The notes below the pieces were generated by a model. That model ran no database searches. It had not been told where the DNA came from and worked only from the letters and a program-made list of their open reading frames with translations. This document shows positions 30,010 through 40,180 of a stretch of 64,000 nt of DNA, piece after piece. A program made the position numbers and the translations under genes. Within the stretch, counting starts at the first letter, position 1; every line of letters begins with the position of its first letter. Source of the stretch: an uncultured Eubacteriales bacterium (GTDB taxonomy: Bacteria; Bacillota; Clostridia; TANB77; CAG-508); the NCBI GenBank assembly GCA_949288175.1, contig CASEIV010000012.1, positions 15,616 through 79,615 of the forward strand, in the 5' to 3' direction.

Positions 30010-31252
30010 ATGAATATGTGGGGAGATATTGCAATTGCATTTTTGCTTGCATTTATCGTAACATTTATGGCGACACCATATACTATAAAAATTGCGCATA
30101 AAGTAGGTGCGGTAGATGTTCCGAAAGATCAAAGAAGAATGCATAAAAAGGCAATGCCCAAATTTGGTGGACCAGCAGTCATATTAGGTTTCTTAGTTTC
30201 TGTAATTTATTTATTAATCGTAATGAGTATAGAAAATTCAATCAATTTATTTCGGAATAGAACATTATGGACAAAAGCTATTAGGAATGTTTTTGGGAAT
30301 ATTGATTATTTCAGCTGTATGTATTGTGGATGATATAAAAACCATAAAACCAATAACCAAATTGATAGGACAAGTATTGGCGGCAATTGTAGCGGTGGCA
30401 TTTGGTATAAGAATAGAAGATATCACATTACCATTTTTAAATACAATAGAAATGCAAGAAATGTTTTCTATTATCATAACAGTGATATGGATTGTAGGTG
30501 TCACAAATGCAATTAACTTAATAGATGGATTAGACGGATTATCTTCAGGAATATCTGTGATATCAGCAATTTCGCTATTAATTATATTTGTATTAAATGA
30601 TTCACCAATGGTAGCAATATTATTAATAACAGCACTTGCAGGTGCATTAGTTGGATTTTTACCATTTAATTTTGCACCAGCCAAAACATTTATAGGAGAT
30701 ACCGGTTCAAACTTTTTAGGATTTTCATTGTCTATTATTTCTATTCTAGGAGTAGCAAAAACCTATACAGCAGCGGTTATTGTATTACCATTAATTGTTC
30801 TAGGATTACCGTTATTTGATACATTTTGGGCAATTATTAGAAGATTAATAAAAGGAAAATCTATCAAAGCCATATTTAAAGCAGATAAAGGACACTTACA
30901 CCATAGAATTGTGGCAAAAGGTTTTAGCCAAAAACAGGCAGTTCTAATATTATATGGAATTAGTGCGACATTTGGAATATTTGCAGTGATTATGTTAGAA
31001 AGCGGAATATGGAAAGCATTATCGTTTTTATTAATGGTAATAGTAGCAATTGGTTTAGGATACAGGAACTTTAAAACAGAAAAAACAGATAACCAAAGGT
31101 ATGAATGTATAGAATGTAAATATATATATAATCCGAAGTTTGGAAATGAAAAAGCAGGAATACCAGCAGGAACACCTTTTGAGGATTTGCCAGATGATTG
31201 GGTTTGCCCAGTTTGTGGAGAAGGAAAAGATATGTTTGAGATACATCAATAA
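30010..31252 (+). pseudogene. tagO: TagO/WecA-family (GT4 / MraY-like) UDP-GlcNAc:undecaprenyl-phosphate sugar-phosphate transferase fused to a C-terminal rubredoxin domain; frameshifted near 30235-30270
   Basis: N-terminal 'AHKVGAVDVPKDQRRMHKKAMPKFGG' then a frame change. The downstream frame carries 'VDDIKT', multiple TM segments and '[11 protein letters not shown]'. The last about 50 aa, '[47 protein letters not shown]', are a canonical rubredoxin. Confidence 0.6.
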
Positions 31253-31411
31253 AAAAGAAAGAATTAAGCATTTTAGAAATATATGTTTAGTTCTTTTTTT
31301 TCGTATACATTATATCGAAACTTAAAAAATTGTGAAATATTGACATTTAAGCAGAAAAAAGTTAAAATAACATAAAAAGATAACATCAAAATTTACTGTG
31401 AGGTAATCATA

Positions 31412-32578
31412 ATGAAAGTAACATTTTATTCAAATTTTTTAACACATCATCAATTGCCTTTTTGTCTGGAAATGAAGAAAAAACTAGGAGATGACTTTAA
31501 ATTTGTTTCAACAGTCAAGATTTTTCAATGGAGGCTAGATTTAGGATTTGAAAATCTGGATGACCAATATGATTTTGTAATAAAAGCATATGAAAATGAA
31601 ACAGAATATCATAAGGCTAAACAATTAGCATTAGATAGTGATGTGGTAATAATTGGTTCAACAACAGATGAACTGATAGTTGAAAGATTAAAGCAAGATA
31701 AAATAACTTTTAGATATAGAGCAAGGGTTTTTCATTATCCTGATGGTTTTTGGAATACAGTATTAGATAGAAAAAATTTAAAATTATTTTATGATAGACA
31801 TATAAAATTCAGAAAAAATAAAAATCTTTATTTGTTATGTGCTAATGCCCATGGACCAAATGATTTTAATTTCTTACATTTGTATAAAAATAAAATATAC
31901 AGATGGGGATATTTTTTAAAAACAAATACATATGATATAAATCATTTGATGCAACAAAAAGAAAATAATAAAAAAATAGGGATAATATGGGTGGCTAGAT
32001 TTATAAAATGTAAACATCCTGAAATCGTAATTAAATTGGCAAAAAATCTTAAAAAACAAAATTATCATTTTGTTATAAAAATGCTGGGAAATGGAAAATT
32101 AGAAAAAAAAATAAGAAGAAAGGTCAAAAAAGAACATCTAGAAGATGTTATCGAAATGGTAGGCCATGTTCCGAGTGACAAAGTAAAAGATTATATGGAA
32201 AAAGCAAATATTTTTATTGGAACAAGTGATTTTCAAGAAGGTTGGGGAGCAGTTATTAATGAATCAATGAATGCTGGATGTGCGATTGTTGCTAATGAGC
32301 AAATGGGCTCAGTACCAATTTTGATAAAGCATAGAAAAAACGGAATGATATACCATAAATATAGTCAGCTAGAAAATAATGTGAAAGAATTAATAAAATC
32401 TCCTGAGTTGAGAAAAAAATTATCTATTAATGCTTATGAAACAATCACAAATGAATGGACAAGTCAAATAGCAGTAGAGAACCTAATAAAGTTATTTACT
32501 GCAATTATAAATGGGAAAGAATGTGAAATAAAGGAAGGACCAGCAAGTAAAGCCAATAATTATATCAGAAAAAAGTAG
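31412..32578 (+). CDS. GT-B fold glycosyltransferase (family 1/4-like)
   Basis: C-terminal 'EGWGAVINESMNAGCAIVA' E-x7-E-type motif region. Confidence 0.6.
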   Translation: MKVTFYSNFLTHHQLPFCLEMKKKLGDDFKFVSTVKIFQWRLDLGFENLDDQYDFVIKAYENETEYHKAKQLALDSDVVIIGSTTDELIVERLKQDKITFRYRARVFHYPDGFWNTVLDRKNLKLFYDRHIKFRKNKNLYLLCANAHGPNDFNFLHLYKNKIYRWGYFLKTNTYDINHLMQQKENNKKIGIIWVARFIKCKHPEIVIKLAKNLKKQNYHFVIKMLGNGKLEKKIRRKVKKEHLEDVIEMVGHVPSDKVKDYMEKANIFIGTSDFQEGWGAVINESMNAGCAIVANEQMGSVPILIKHRKNGMIYHKYSQLENNVKELIKSPELRKKLSINAYETITNEWTSQIAVENLIKLFTAIINGKECEIKEGPASKANNYIRKK

Positions 32579-32629
32579 ATATATATGATATAAAATAAAA
32601 AAATTATAAAGAAATGAGGGAAAAACTAA

Positions 32630-33517
32630 ATGTCAGACAAGATAATCAAATTTTTAGCACATGAAGGAAGAGTATCAGTCATATGTGCCAATACAACCAA
32701 AATGGTAGAAGAAGCGAGAAAAACACATGATATGAGTCCAGTGGTAACAGCTGCATTTGGAAGGTTATTAACTATAACAAGTATCATGGCAACAGAAATG
32801 AAAGGAAGTAAAGATAAATTAACAGTTCAATTAAAAGGAAATGGACCAATCGGTGTTATGATTGCCACTGCGAATAATAAACCAATTGTAAAAGGATATG
32901 CTACAAATCCAGTAGTAGAATTACCATTAAATGAGGATGGAAAATTAGATGTTAGTGGAGCAGTAGGATATGAAGGATATATTAATGTAGTAAAAGATAT
33001 TGGATTAAAAGACCCATATATTGGTATATCTCCATTAGTATCTGGTGAAATTGCAGAAGATTTTGCCAATTACTTTGTGAATTCAGAACAAAGAAATTCA
33101 GCAGTAGCATTAGGTGTGTTAGTAGATAAAAATGGTGTAAGAGCAAGTGGGGGATATTTAATTAATCCAATGCCAGACGCAACAGAGGAAGATATATCAA
33201 TCGTAGAGCAATCTATTTTTAAAGCAGGAGCAATGTCAAAAATGTTAGACCAAAACTTAACATTAGAAGAAATTGCTAAAAAGATAACTGGAGACGAAAA
33301 TGTAGAAATCATAGAAGATAGCATTGTACCAGAATTCAAATGTGATTGTTCAAAAGAACATATGCAAGATGCGCTAATGACAATTGGAAAAGAAGAATTA
33401 GAGGATATTATTGAAAAAGAAGGAAAAGCAGAATTAGTTTGTCATTTCTGCAATAAGAAATATGAATTTAATAAAGAAGAATTAGAAAATATTTTAAGGA
33501 GTATAGATGAAAAATAA
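32630..33517 (+). CDS. hslO: Hsp33-family redox-regulated chaperone
   Basis: Overall Hsp33 pattern. C-terminal zinc centre 'CDCSKEH...CHFCNKKY'. Confidence 0.85.
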   Translation: MSDKIIKFLAHEGRVSVICANTTKMVEEARKTHDMSPVVTAAFGRLLTITSIMATEMKGSKDKLTVQLKGNGPIGVMIATANNKPIVKGYATNPVVELPLNEDGKLDVSGAVGYEGYINVVKDIGLKDPYIGISPLVSGEIAEDFANYFVNSEQRNSAVALGVLVDKNGVRASGGYLINPMPDATEEDISIVEQSIFKAGAMSKMLDQNLTLEEIAKKITGDENVEIIEDSIVPEFKCDCSKEHMQDALMTIGKEELEDIIEKEGKAELVCHFCNKKYEFNKEELENILRSIDEK

Positions 33518-33650
33518 TTTTAAGATTATTATATTTGACAAATATGAAAAATATGCTATAATAAAAATAGAAATAAGGAGACACAAAAGTGGTCGCCAAA
33601 AGAATGATTTAAATGCACACTCTATTCAGCAAGCAGAGTGTGTATTTGTT

Positions 33651-33770
33651 TTATTTTTGTTTACTTAATATATGTACAAGTACAATAATTAAGGTTATAT
33701 TTATGATAGTTACTGATACAAGACCAGTAAATAATAATTTTATTGTTAAGAATAAATATTGTTCTACCAT
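33651..33770 (-). CDS. Small hydrophobic protein (39 aa, MVEQYLFLTIKLLFTGLVSVTIINITLIIVLVHILSKQK), putative
   Basis: A strong RBS TAAGGAGGTGGTATT before the ATG, and a terminator hairpin (CACACTCTGCTTGCTGAATAGAGTGTG) immediately after the stop. Below the 60-aa cutoff of the ORF track. Confidence 0.35.
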   Translation of the reverse strand: MVEQYLFLTIKLLFTGLVSVTIINITLIIVLVHILSKQK

Positions 33771-33909
33771 AATACCACCTCCTTACGTTGGTGGCGACAC
33801 AGTCATGCTTTTCCTTATTTCTTATATAAAATTATATATATTATTTAACCATAAGTCAATAAAAACTTTGACATTTAATATTAAATTGAATGATTGCGTG
33901 TTTTCCCAA

Positions 33910-33938
33910 TTGACAAATTTCGCAAATGAAAATATAAT
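33910..33938 (+). promoter_or_regulatory. Sigma-A promoter TTGACA-17-TATAAT (ppaC)
   Basis: Perfect consensus hexamers with a 17-nt spacer. Confidence 0.65.
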
Positions 33939-33980
33939 GGTTAAGATAATAAAAAATATAGGGAAAAGGAGAAATGAAAA

Positions 33981-34901
33981 ATGGAAAAAGAAATCGTTAT
34001 ATTTGGACATAAAAATCCAGACACAGATTCAATTTGTTCTAGTATAGTAATGGCTGATTTAGAAAATAAATTGGGAAATCATTGCATACCAACAAGAATA
34101 GGAAAAATTAACAAAGAAACACAATTTGTATTAGATTATTTAAAATTAGAAGCACCAAAAATGATAGATAAGGCTGAAGATAGACAAGAAGTTATATTAG
34201 TAGATCACAATGAAGCAACACAATCAATAGATAATATAGAAAATGCAAAAATAGTAAAAGTAATTGACCATCACACAATGAATTTTAAAGCACCATATCA
34301 ATTATATTACAGAACAGAACCTGTTGGATGTACAGCAACAGTATTATATAAATTATATAAAGAAAATAATATAGAAATGACAAGAGAAATAGCAATATTA
34401 TGTTTGAGTGCGATTATATCTGATACATTATTATTCAAATCACCTACATGTACAGAAGATGATGTTAAAGTAGCAAATGCATTACAAAAAATAGCAAATA
34501 TTGATATGCAAGAATATGGATTAGAAATGTTAAAAGCAGGAACAGATTTAGGAGATTTTTCAGAAGAAGAATTAGTAAATTTAGATGCAAAAGCATTTGA
34601 AAAAGGAGATACAAAATTTGTAATAGCACAAGTAAATACTGTAAGTATAGAAGATGTTTTAAAAAGACAAAAAGACTTAGAAAGTGCTATCAATAGTGAA
34701 ATAGAAAAAAGAGGAATTCAATTATTTGTATTTGCTATTACAGATATTTTAAATAGTAATTCAGAAATCATTGCTTTAGGAAATAGAACAGATGCAGTAG
34801 AAAAAGCATTTGATGTAAAATTAGAAAATAACAGAGCATTCTTACCAGGTGTTGTTTCAAGAAAGAAACAATTATTACCTGATATAGACAAAAATATGTA
34901 A
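33981..34901 (+). CDS. ppaC: Manganese-dependent inorganic pyrophosphatase (family II, DHH)
   Basis: 'IFGHKNPDTDSICS', DHH motif 'VIDHH'. Confidence 0.9.
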   Translation: MEKEIVIFGHKNPDTDSICSSIVMADLENKLGNHCIPTRIGKINKETQFVLDYLKLEAPKMIDKAEDRQEVILVDHNEATQSIDNIENAKIVKVIDHHTMNFKAPYQLYYRTEPVGCTATVLYKLYKENNIEMTREIAILCLSAIISDTLLFKSPTCTEDDVKVANALQKIANIDMQEYGLEMLKAGTDLGDFSEEELVNLDAKAFEKGDTKFVIAQVNTVSIEDVLKRQKDLESAINSEIEKRGIQLFVFAITDILNSNSEIIALGNRTDAVEKAFDVKLENNRAFLPGVVSRKKQLLPDIDKNM

Positions 34902-35123
34902 GAATAGTTGTCATGAAAGTGGAGATTTTGACAAATAGTCAGAATCTCTATTTCTATATAATAAAAGGATAAAGAAATTGTAAAAATTTAAGGAAGAGAA
35001 TTATAAAAGAATTGCTTGTTTTTTAAGGAAAAATAGTATATAGTATAAAAGTAAAAATGTTTGAAAAATAAATATATAAATAGAAACATAAGTAAAAATA
35101 AACATAACAAAGAGGAGATATAC

Positions 35124-38100
35124 ATGTATTTAAAAAGATTAGAATTACAAGGATTTAAGTCATTTGCAGATAAAACTGTATTAGAATTTATGCCAGGAAT
35201 TACAAGTGCCATAGGACCAAATGGTTCTGGAAAAAGTAATATATCAGATGCTATTAGATGGGTACTTGGAGAACAAAGTATGAAATCATTAAGAGGTTCT
35301 AAGTCACTAGATATCATCTTTGCAGGTACACAAAATAGAAAATCATTAGGTTTTGCGGAGGCATCATTGGTGTTTGATAATACAGATGGAACATTGCCTA
35401 TTGAATATACAGAAGTAACCGTTACAAGAAAAATATATAGAAGTGGAGAAACAGGTTACTATATCAATAAAGTACTATGTAGATTAAAAGATGTATTAGA
35501 ACTATTTATGGATACAGGTATTGGAAAAGATGGTTATTCTATTATTGGACAAGGAAAAATAGATGAAATTTTAAGTAATAAATCAGAAGACAGAAGACAT
35601 ATTTTTGAAGAAGCAGCAGGAATTGTAAAATATAGAGTGAGAAAAGCGGAAAGTGAAAAGAAATTAGAACATACAAAATTAAATCTTCTTAGAATTAATG
35701 ATATATTGGCAGAAATTGAAACCAATATAGAACCATTAAAAATACAAGCAGAAAAAGCAAAAAAATATTTAAATTTAAGAGAAGAATTAAAAAATATTGA
35801 GATTGGTTTGTTTTTATACAATATAGAAAAATATAAAAAAGAATTAGAAAATATTGTAAAAGATGAAGAAATCTATAAAAATCAATGTAATGATGAAGAA
35901 GGTAGACTAGAAAGGATTAAAGCTTTAAAAGAAGAATTGAAATCAGAAATTGATAACATTACAGAATCCATTGAAGAAATGTCTAATTTAGGATTTGAAA
36001 GTAAAAAAGAAATAGAAATGCTAAATTCGGATATTAATGTGTCTAATACAAGAATTGAGAATAATAAACAAAATAAAGAACGATTTGAAAAAGAAATTGA
36101 AGAGTTAACAGCAAGAATAAAAGAACTAGAAGAGGAGAAAAAACAAAAAGAAGAAAAGAAAGAAAATTTAAAACAAAATAGAGAAAAATTTGCAAAAGAG
36201 TTAGAAGAAAAAGAAACAGAATTGGCAGAAATTACAAAAAAATTATCTAGTAAAGAATTAGAAATGGAAGAACATAAGAAAACAGTAGAAGAAAATACAG
36301 ATAAGAAATATGAATTGCAAGCAAGTATTAATGAACAAGATATTAATTATCAAAACTATCAAAAAAGACAAACACAAATCAGAAATGAAATAACGGGAAA
36401 TATCTCAGAACTAGATAATACTAGAATGAAAAAAGAAGAAATTGCAAAAGAATTTTATGACATAGAAAGTAAGCGAAATAAAATTTTAACAGACTTAGAA
36501 GAAGTAAACAAAGAAAAACAAGAAGCAGATAGAAAAATTAAAGCTTTTGATAGTAAAATCAATATGCTTTCAGGGGAAAAGAGAATCAAAGAATCAAAAT
36601 TAAAATTCTTAATCGAAACAGAAAAAGAAAAAGAAGGATATATCAAAAGTGTTAAAACATTGTTAAAAGATTGTGAGACAACAAAAGAACTAGGAAAAGG
36701 AATGCATGGTGTTTTAGCAAATATTATAGAAGTACCTGAAGAATATCAAACAGCAATTGAAATGTGTTTAGGAAGTAGTCTGCAAAATATAGTAACAGAA
36801 AATGAAGAAGATGCTAAAAGATTAATTGAACATTTAAGAAAAAACAATTTAGGAAGAGCATCATTTTTACCAATTACATCAGTAAAAGGGAAAAAATTAG
36901 ATAGAATAAAAGGTAAAAATACAGGAATTATTGGAATCGCTTCAGACTTAATTCAATATAGTAAAAAATTTGAAAACATTATTCTAAATCTATTAGGAAG
37001 AACTGTTATTGTACAAGATATGGAAACAGCGATTAGAGTTGCTAAAGATAATGGATATAGTTTCAAAATTATCACCGTAGAAGGAGATGTCATTAATCCA
37101 TCAGGGGCGATTACAGGAGGTTCTGTTGCCAAAAAAACAGTCAATATCTTAGGTAGAGGAAGAGAAATTGAAAAGCTACAAAAAGAAATTAAAAAATTAG
37201 AAGAACAAATACAAAAACTAGAACAGGAAAAAGAAACCTATCAAGAGTCTATTGAACATGTATTAGAAAAAGCTTCATCTTTTGAAAAAGAATTGCAAGA
37301 AATTGAAATCACATATGCAACAGGTAAAGAGAAAATCAATAGCATAGAGGAAAATATTACGAGAATAGAAACAAGATTAAATAAACTAAAAGAAGAAAGC
37401 AAAAAATTGGAAGAACAAAAAGAACAAAGTATGAAGAATAAAACAGACTTCCAAGAAAAAATACAAGCAATTAATGAAGAAAATGAAAAATTGAAAAAAA
37501 TCATTACAGAATTTGCAGAATTAAATAAAGATAATCAAAAATATGTAGATGATTTGAATTTTGATATTACCAATTTAAAAATTTCTGTATCTTCATTTGA
37601 TGAAAGTGAAAGTTCAATAGAAGAAATCCAAGAAAGAATTCATTCTGAAATCGAAAGTACAAATAGAAGTATTGAAAATAAAAAGACGCAAATTGAGCAA
37701 ATCATACAAGATAATTTTAATTTGGAAAAGGCAATTGAAGAAATTAAAGAAAAGATAGAGAAAATTAAAGAAGAAGTAAAAAATAGTGGTTCAAAAATCG
37801 AAGAACTAAAAGAAAAAAGAATCCAAAAAAATCAAAAATTAGCAGAACAAGAAGAGGAAATCAACAATAAATTAAAAATTATTGAAGATTTAAAAGCACA
37901 AATAGTAAAAGTAGATGCTAAGAAAACAAAATTAGAAGAAGACATTAATGGAATCATCAATAAGATGTGGGAAGAGTATGAACTAACACCAAATAATGTT
38001 GTAGATTACAGAAAACCAGAAAATGTACAGCTAACGCAGAAAAAGGTAAAAGATTTACGAAATGAAATTAAGGAACTGGGAAGTGTTAATGTTGACTCAA

Positions 38101-38675
38101 TAGAAGAATATAAGAACTTAAAAGATAGATATGACTTTATGTGTGAACAAAGAGTGGATTTAGAAAGTACAATGGCAAAATTAAGAAAGATTATTTCTGA
38201 TATGACAAGTATTATGAAAGAACAATTTAAAGAAAAATTTGAGATGATTAACAAAAATTTTGCAGAAGTATTTAAAGAATTGTTTGGTGGAGGAACTGCA
38301 AGTTTGACATTAGAGGATAAAGATAACATCTTAGAATGTGGAATAGAAATAACGGTACAACCACCAGGAAAGAAATTACAAAACATGATGTTATTATCTG
38401 GAGGAGAAAAAGCATTTACAGCCATTGCCTTGTTATTTGCGATTTTAAAAATTAATCCAGCACCATTCTGTGTATTAGACGAGATAGAAGCAGCATTAGA
38501 TGATGTAAATGTATACAGATATGCAGAATATTTAAAGAAATTTTCTAAAAATACGCAATTCTTAGTCATTACCCATAGAAAAGGTACTATGGAAGCAGCA
38601 GATACGGTTTATGGAATTACCATGGAGGAAAATGGTATATCAAAATTGTTATCTATGAAATTAAAAAATCAATAA
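35124..38675 (+). CDS. smc: Chromosome segregation protein SMC
   Basis: 'MYLKRLELQGFKSFADK' N-terminal Walker A 'GPNGSGKSN', long coiled coils, a hinge, and a C-terminal 'LSGGEK' signature motif. The start was set at MYLKRL, which has an RBS. Confidence 0.9.
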   Translation: MYLKRLELQGFKSFADKTVLEFMPGITSAIGPNGSGKSNISDAIRWVLGEQSMKSLRGSKSLDIIFAGTQNRKSLGFAEASLVFDNTDGTLPIEYTEVTVTRKIYRSGETGYYINKVLCRLKDVLELFMDTGIGKDGYSIIGQGKIDEILSNKSEDRRHIFEEAAGIVKYRVRKAESEKKLEHTKLNLLRINDILAEIETNIEPLKIQAEKAKKYLNLREELKNIEIGLFLYNIEKYKKELENIVKDEEIYKNQCNDEEGRLERIKALKEELKSEIDNITESIEEMSNLGFESKKEIEMLNSDINVSNTRIENNKQNKERFEKEIEELTARIKELEEEKKQKEEKKENLKQNREKFAKELEEKETELAEITKKLSSKELEMEEHKKTVEENTDKKYELQASINEQDINYQNYQKRQTQIRNEITGNISELDNTRMKKEEIAKEFYDIESKRNKILTDLEEVNKEKQEADRKIKAFDSKINMLSGEKRIKESKLKFLIETEKEKEGYIKSVKTLLKDCETTKELGKGMHGVLANIIEVPEEYQTAIEMCLGSSLQNIVTENEEDAKRLIEHLRKNNLGRASFLPITSVKGKKLDRIKGKNTGIIGIASDLIQYSKKFENIILNLLGRTVIVQDMETAIRVAKDNGYSFKIITVEGDVINPSGAITGGSVAKKTVNILGRGREIEKLQKEIKKLEEQIQKLEQEKETYQESIEHVLEKASSFEKELQEIEITYATGKEKINSIEENITRIETRLNKLKEESKKLEEQKEQSMKNKTDFQEKIQAINEENEKLKKIITEFAELNKDNQKYVDDLNFDITNLKISVSSFDESESSIEEIQERIHSEIESTNRSIENKKTQIEQIIQDNFNLEKAIEEIKEKIEKIKEEVKNSGSKIEELKEKRIQKNQKLAEQEEEINNKLKIIEDLKAQIVKVDAKKTKLEEDINGIINKMWEEYELTPNNVVDYRKPENVQLTQKKVKDLRNEIKELGSVNVDSIEEYKNLKDRYDFMCEQRVDLESTMAKLRKIISDMTSIMKEQFKEKFEMINKNFAEVFKELFGGGTASLTLEDKDNILECGIEITVQPPGKKLQNMMLLSGGEKAFTAIALLFAILKINPAPFCVLDEIEAALDDVNVYRYAEYLKKFSKNTQFLVITHRKGTMEAADTVYGITMEENGISKLLSMKLKNQ

Positions 38676-38776
38676 AATGGATATAGATACTAAATAATGT
38701 TCAATAAAATTTAATAGACCTAAAAGACTTGCAATAAAGAAGGCACTAGATAGAGATTAGGAGAAATGATAAGGAG

Positions 38777-39220
38777 ATGAAATTTATGGAAATAATTACA
38801 GGGGTAATTATTTTAAAACACAATAAAGTACTTATGGTAAAAGAATCTAAAAAAGAATGTTATGGTAAATTAGCTTTTCCAGCAGGACATTTAGAAGGTG
38901 GAGAAATGATAATAGAAGCTGCTAAAAGAGAATTGAAAGAAGAAACAGGATATAGTGCAGACTTAATAAAAGTATTTCCTATCATAACTTTTTCTGGAAA
39001 AAGACCTATGATTATGATACATTTTTTGGGACAAAATGAAAAATTAGTACAAAAATGTGAAACAGATGAAATATTAGGACTGGAATGGGTAGATATAAGT
39101 GATTTTCATAATTTAGATTCAAGTCAATTCAGAAATTATGAAGTGTTTGAATTAATAATAAATAGTTTATTGAATAATCAAATATATGATTTAGATTTAT
39201 TAAAGTCTTTGGAATCATAG
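38777..39220 (+). CDS. NUDIX hydrolase
   Basis: Nudix box 'GHLEGGEMIIEAAKRELKEETGY'. Confidence 0.8.
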   Translation: MKFMEIITGVIILKHNKVLMVKESKKECYGKLAFPAGHLEGGEMIIEAAKRELKEETGYSADLIKVFPIITFSGKRPMIMIHFLGQNEKLVQKCETDEILGLEWVDISDFHNLDSSQFRNYEVFELIINSLLNNQIYDLDLLKSLES

Positions 39221-39388
39221 AAGTCATTACATATGCAAAATATGGATTTAGGAGGGTGTCACTGACACCCTCTTAGTCTATACATTATAAATTCAATATA
39301 AATTTATAATGTGCAAAGCATACTGCAACAAATTTACGCAAAGAAGAAAGGTCAAATTTGTACAAATTTCAAGTTTTTCAATTTGTTA

Positions 39389-40069
39389 TCAGAATATTTT
39401 ACAACATCCAATCATAATTAATAAAATTCCAGAAATCGTTGACAAAATGTTATCAGGTATTTTACGAAAAGAATATAATTTTTGTCCGCAACGATTTCCA
39501 AGAGTTAAGAAACCTAATTGCAAACAACTTGTTAATAATGGAAATATAATGAAAAAGGTATTTATCATACTGAAACCGATACCAATACAAAAACTATCTA
39601 AAGAAAGAGCTAAACCTAAAAACAAAGCTTCTTTAGAATCAATAGTATTGGATTTATCTAAATCAGAAGAGATAGGATTTTTAATAATTTTTATGGTGAT
39701 TCCCAAACATTTAATAAAAAAAGAATATATTTTTTCGCTATCTGACATTTCTAAATCTTTATCATCTTTTATGTTGCACTCTTGCTTTGATTTTTTTAAT
39801 GATTGAAAACACATAAACAATCCCATTAATATTAAAAGGAAACTGCCTAAGTAATGAATCAGAAAGTTAGGAAAGATGTATTTTAATAAATCTCCAAAAT
39901 ATATGGAAATGACAGAAATGAAAAAGCTAATAAAAAATAAAATGGATTTAGCACTAACAGTTATTTTTGTATTTTTGATTCCATATGTAATACCAATTCC
40001 TAGAGAATCTATACTGCTAGATATTGCTAAAAAAAGACAGTTAAGTAACATAAAAACACCTCTACCCAC
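39389..40069 (-). CDS. MntP/YtaF-family (DUF204) membrane protein
   Basis: Internally duplicated membrane protein with 'SIDSLGIGITYG' and 'SLDSFCIGIGFS' repeats, as in MntP/YtaF. Confidence 0.55.
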   Translation of the reverse strand: MGRGVFMLLNCLFLAISSSIDSLGIGITYGIKNTKITVSAKSILFFISFFISVISIYFGDLLKYIFPNFLIHYLGSFLLILMGLFMCFQSLKKSKQECNIKDDKDLEMSDSEKIYSFFIKCLGITIKIIKNPISSDLDKSNTIDSKEALFLGLALSLDSFCIGIGFSMINTFFIIFPLLTSCLQLGFLTLGNRCGQKLYSFRKIPDNILSTISGILLIMIGCCKIF

Positions 40070-40180
40070 ATCATATGAATCTAATAAAAAAATGTTAAAA
40101 AGAGTAATAAAAATAGACTATATGAATACAATTAGAAAAACGAAGGACAAGATAATGTCTATACAAAGGAGAGAAAGGAT

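Noticed and set aside
33613-34047. 144-aa plus-strand ORF spanning the hslO-ppaC intergenic region
   Set aside because: It has no RBS and overlaps the ppaC promoter (TTGACA-17-TATAAT at 33910-33938) and the ppaC start. The small minus-strand ORF at 33651-33770 is the more plausible gene there.
34988-35317. 109-aa minus-strand ORF overlapping the smc start
   Set aside because: It overlaps the strongly supported smc N-terminus (Walker A region), so it is a spurious antisense ORF.
39309-39806. 165-aa plus-strand ORF
   Set aside because: It lies entirely antisense to the YtaF/MntP-like membrane protein gene and has no RBS or family similarity.
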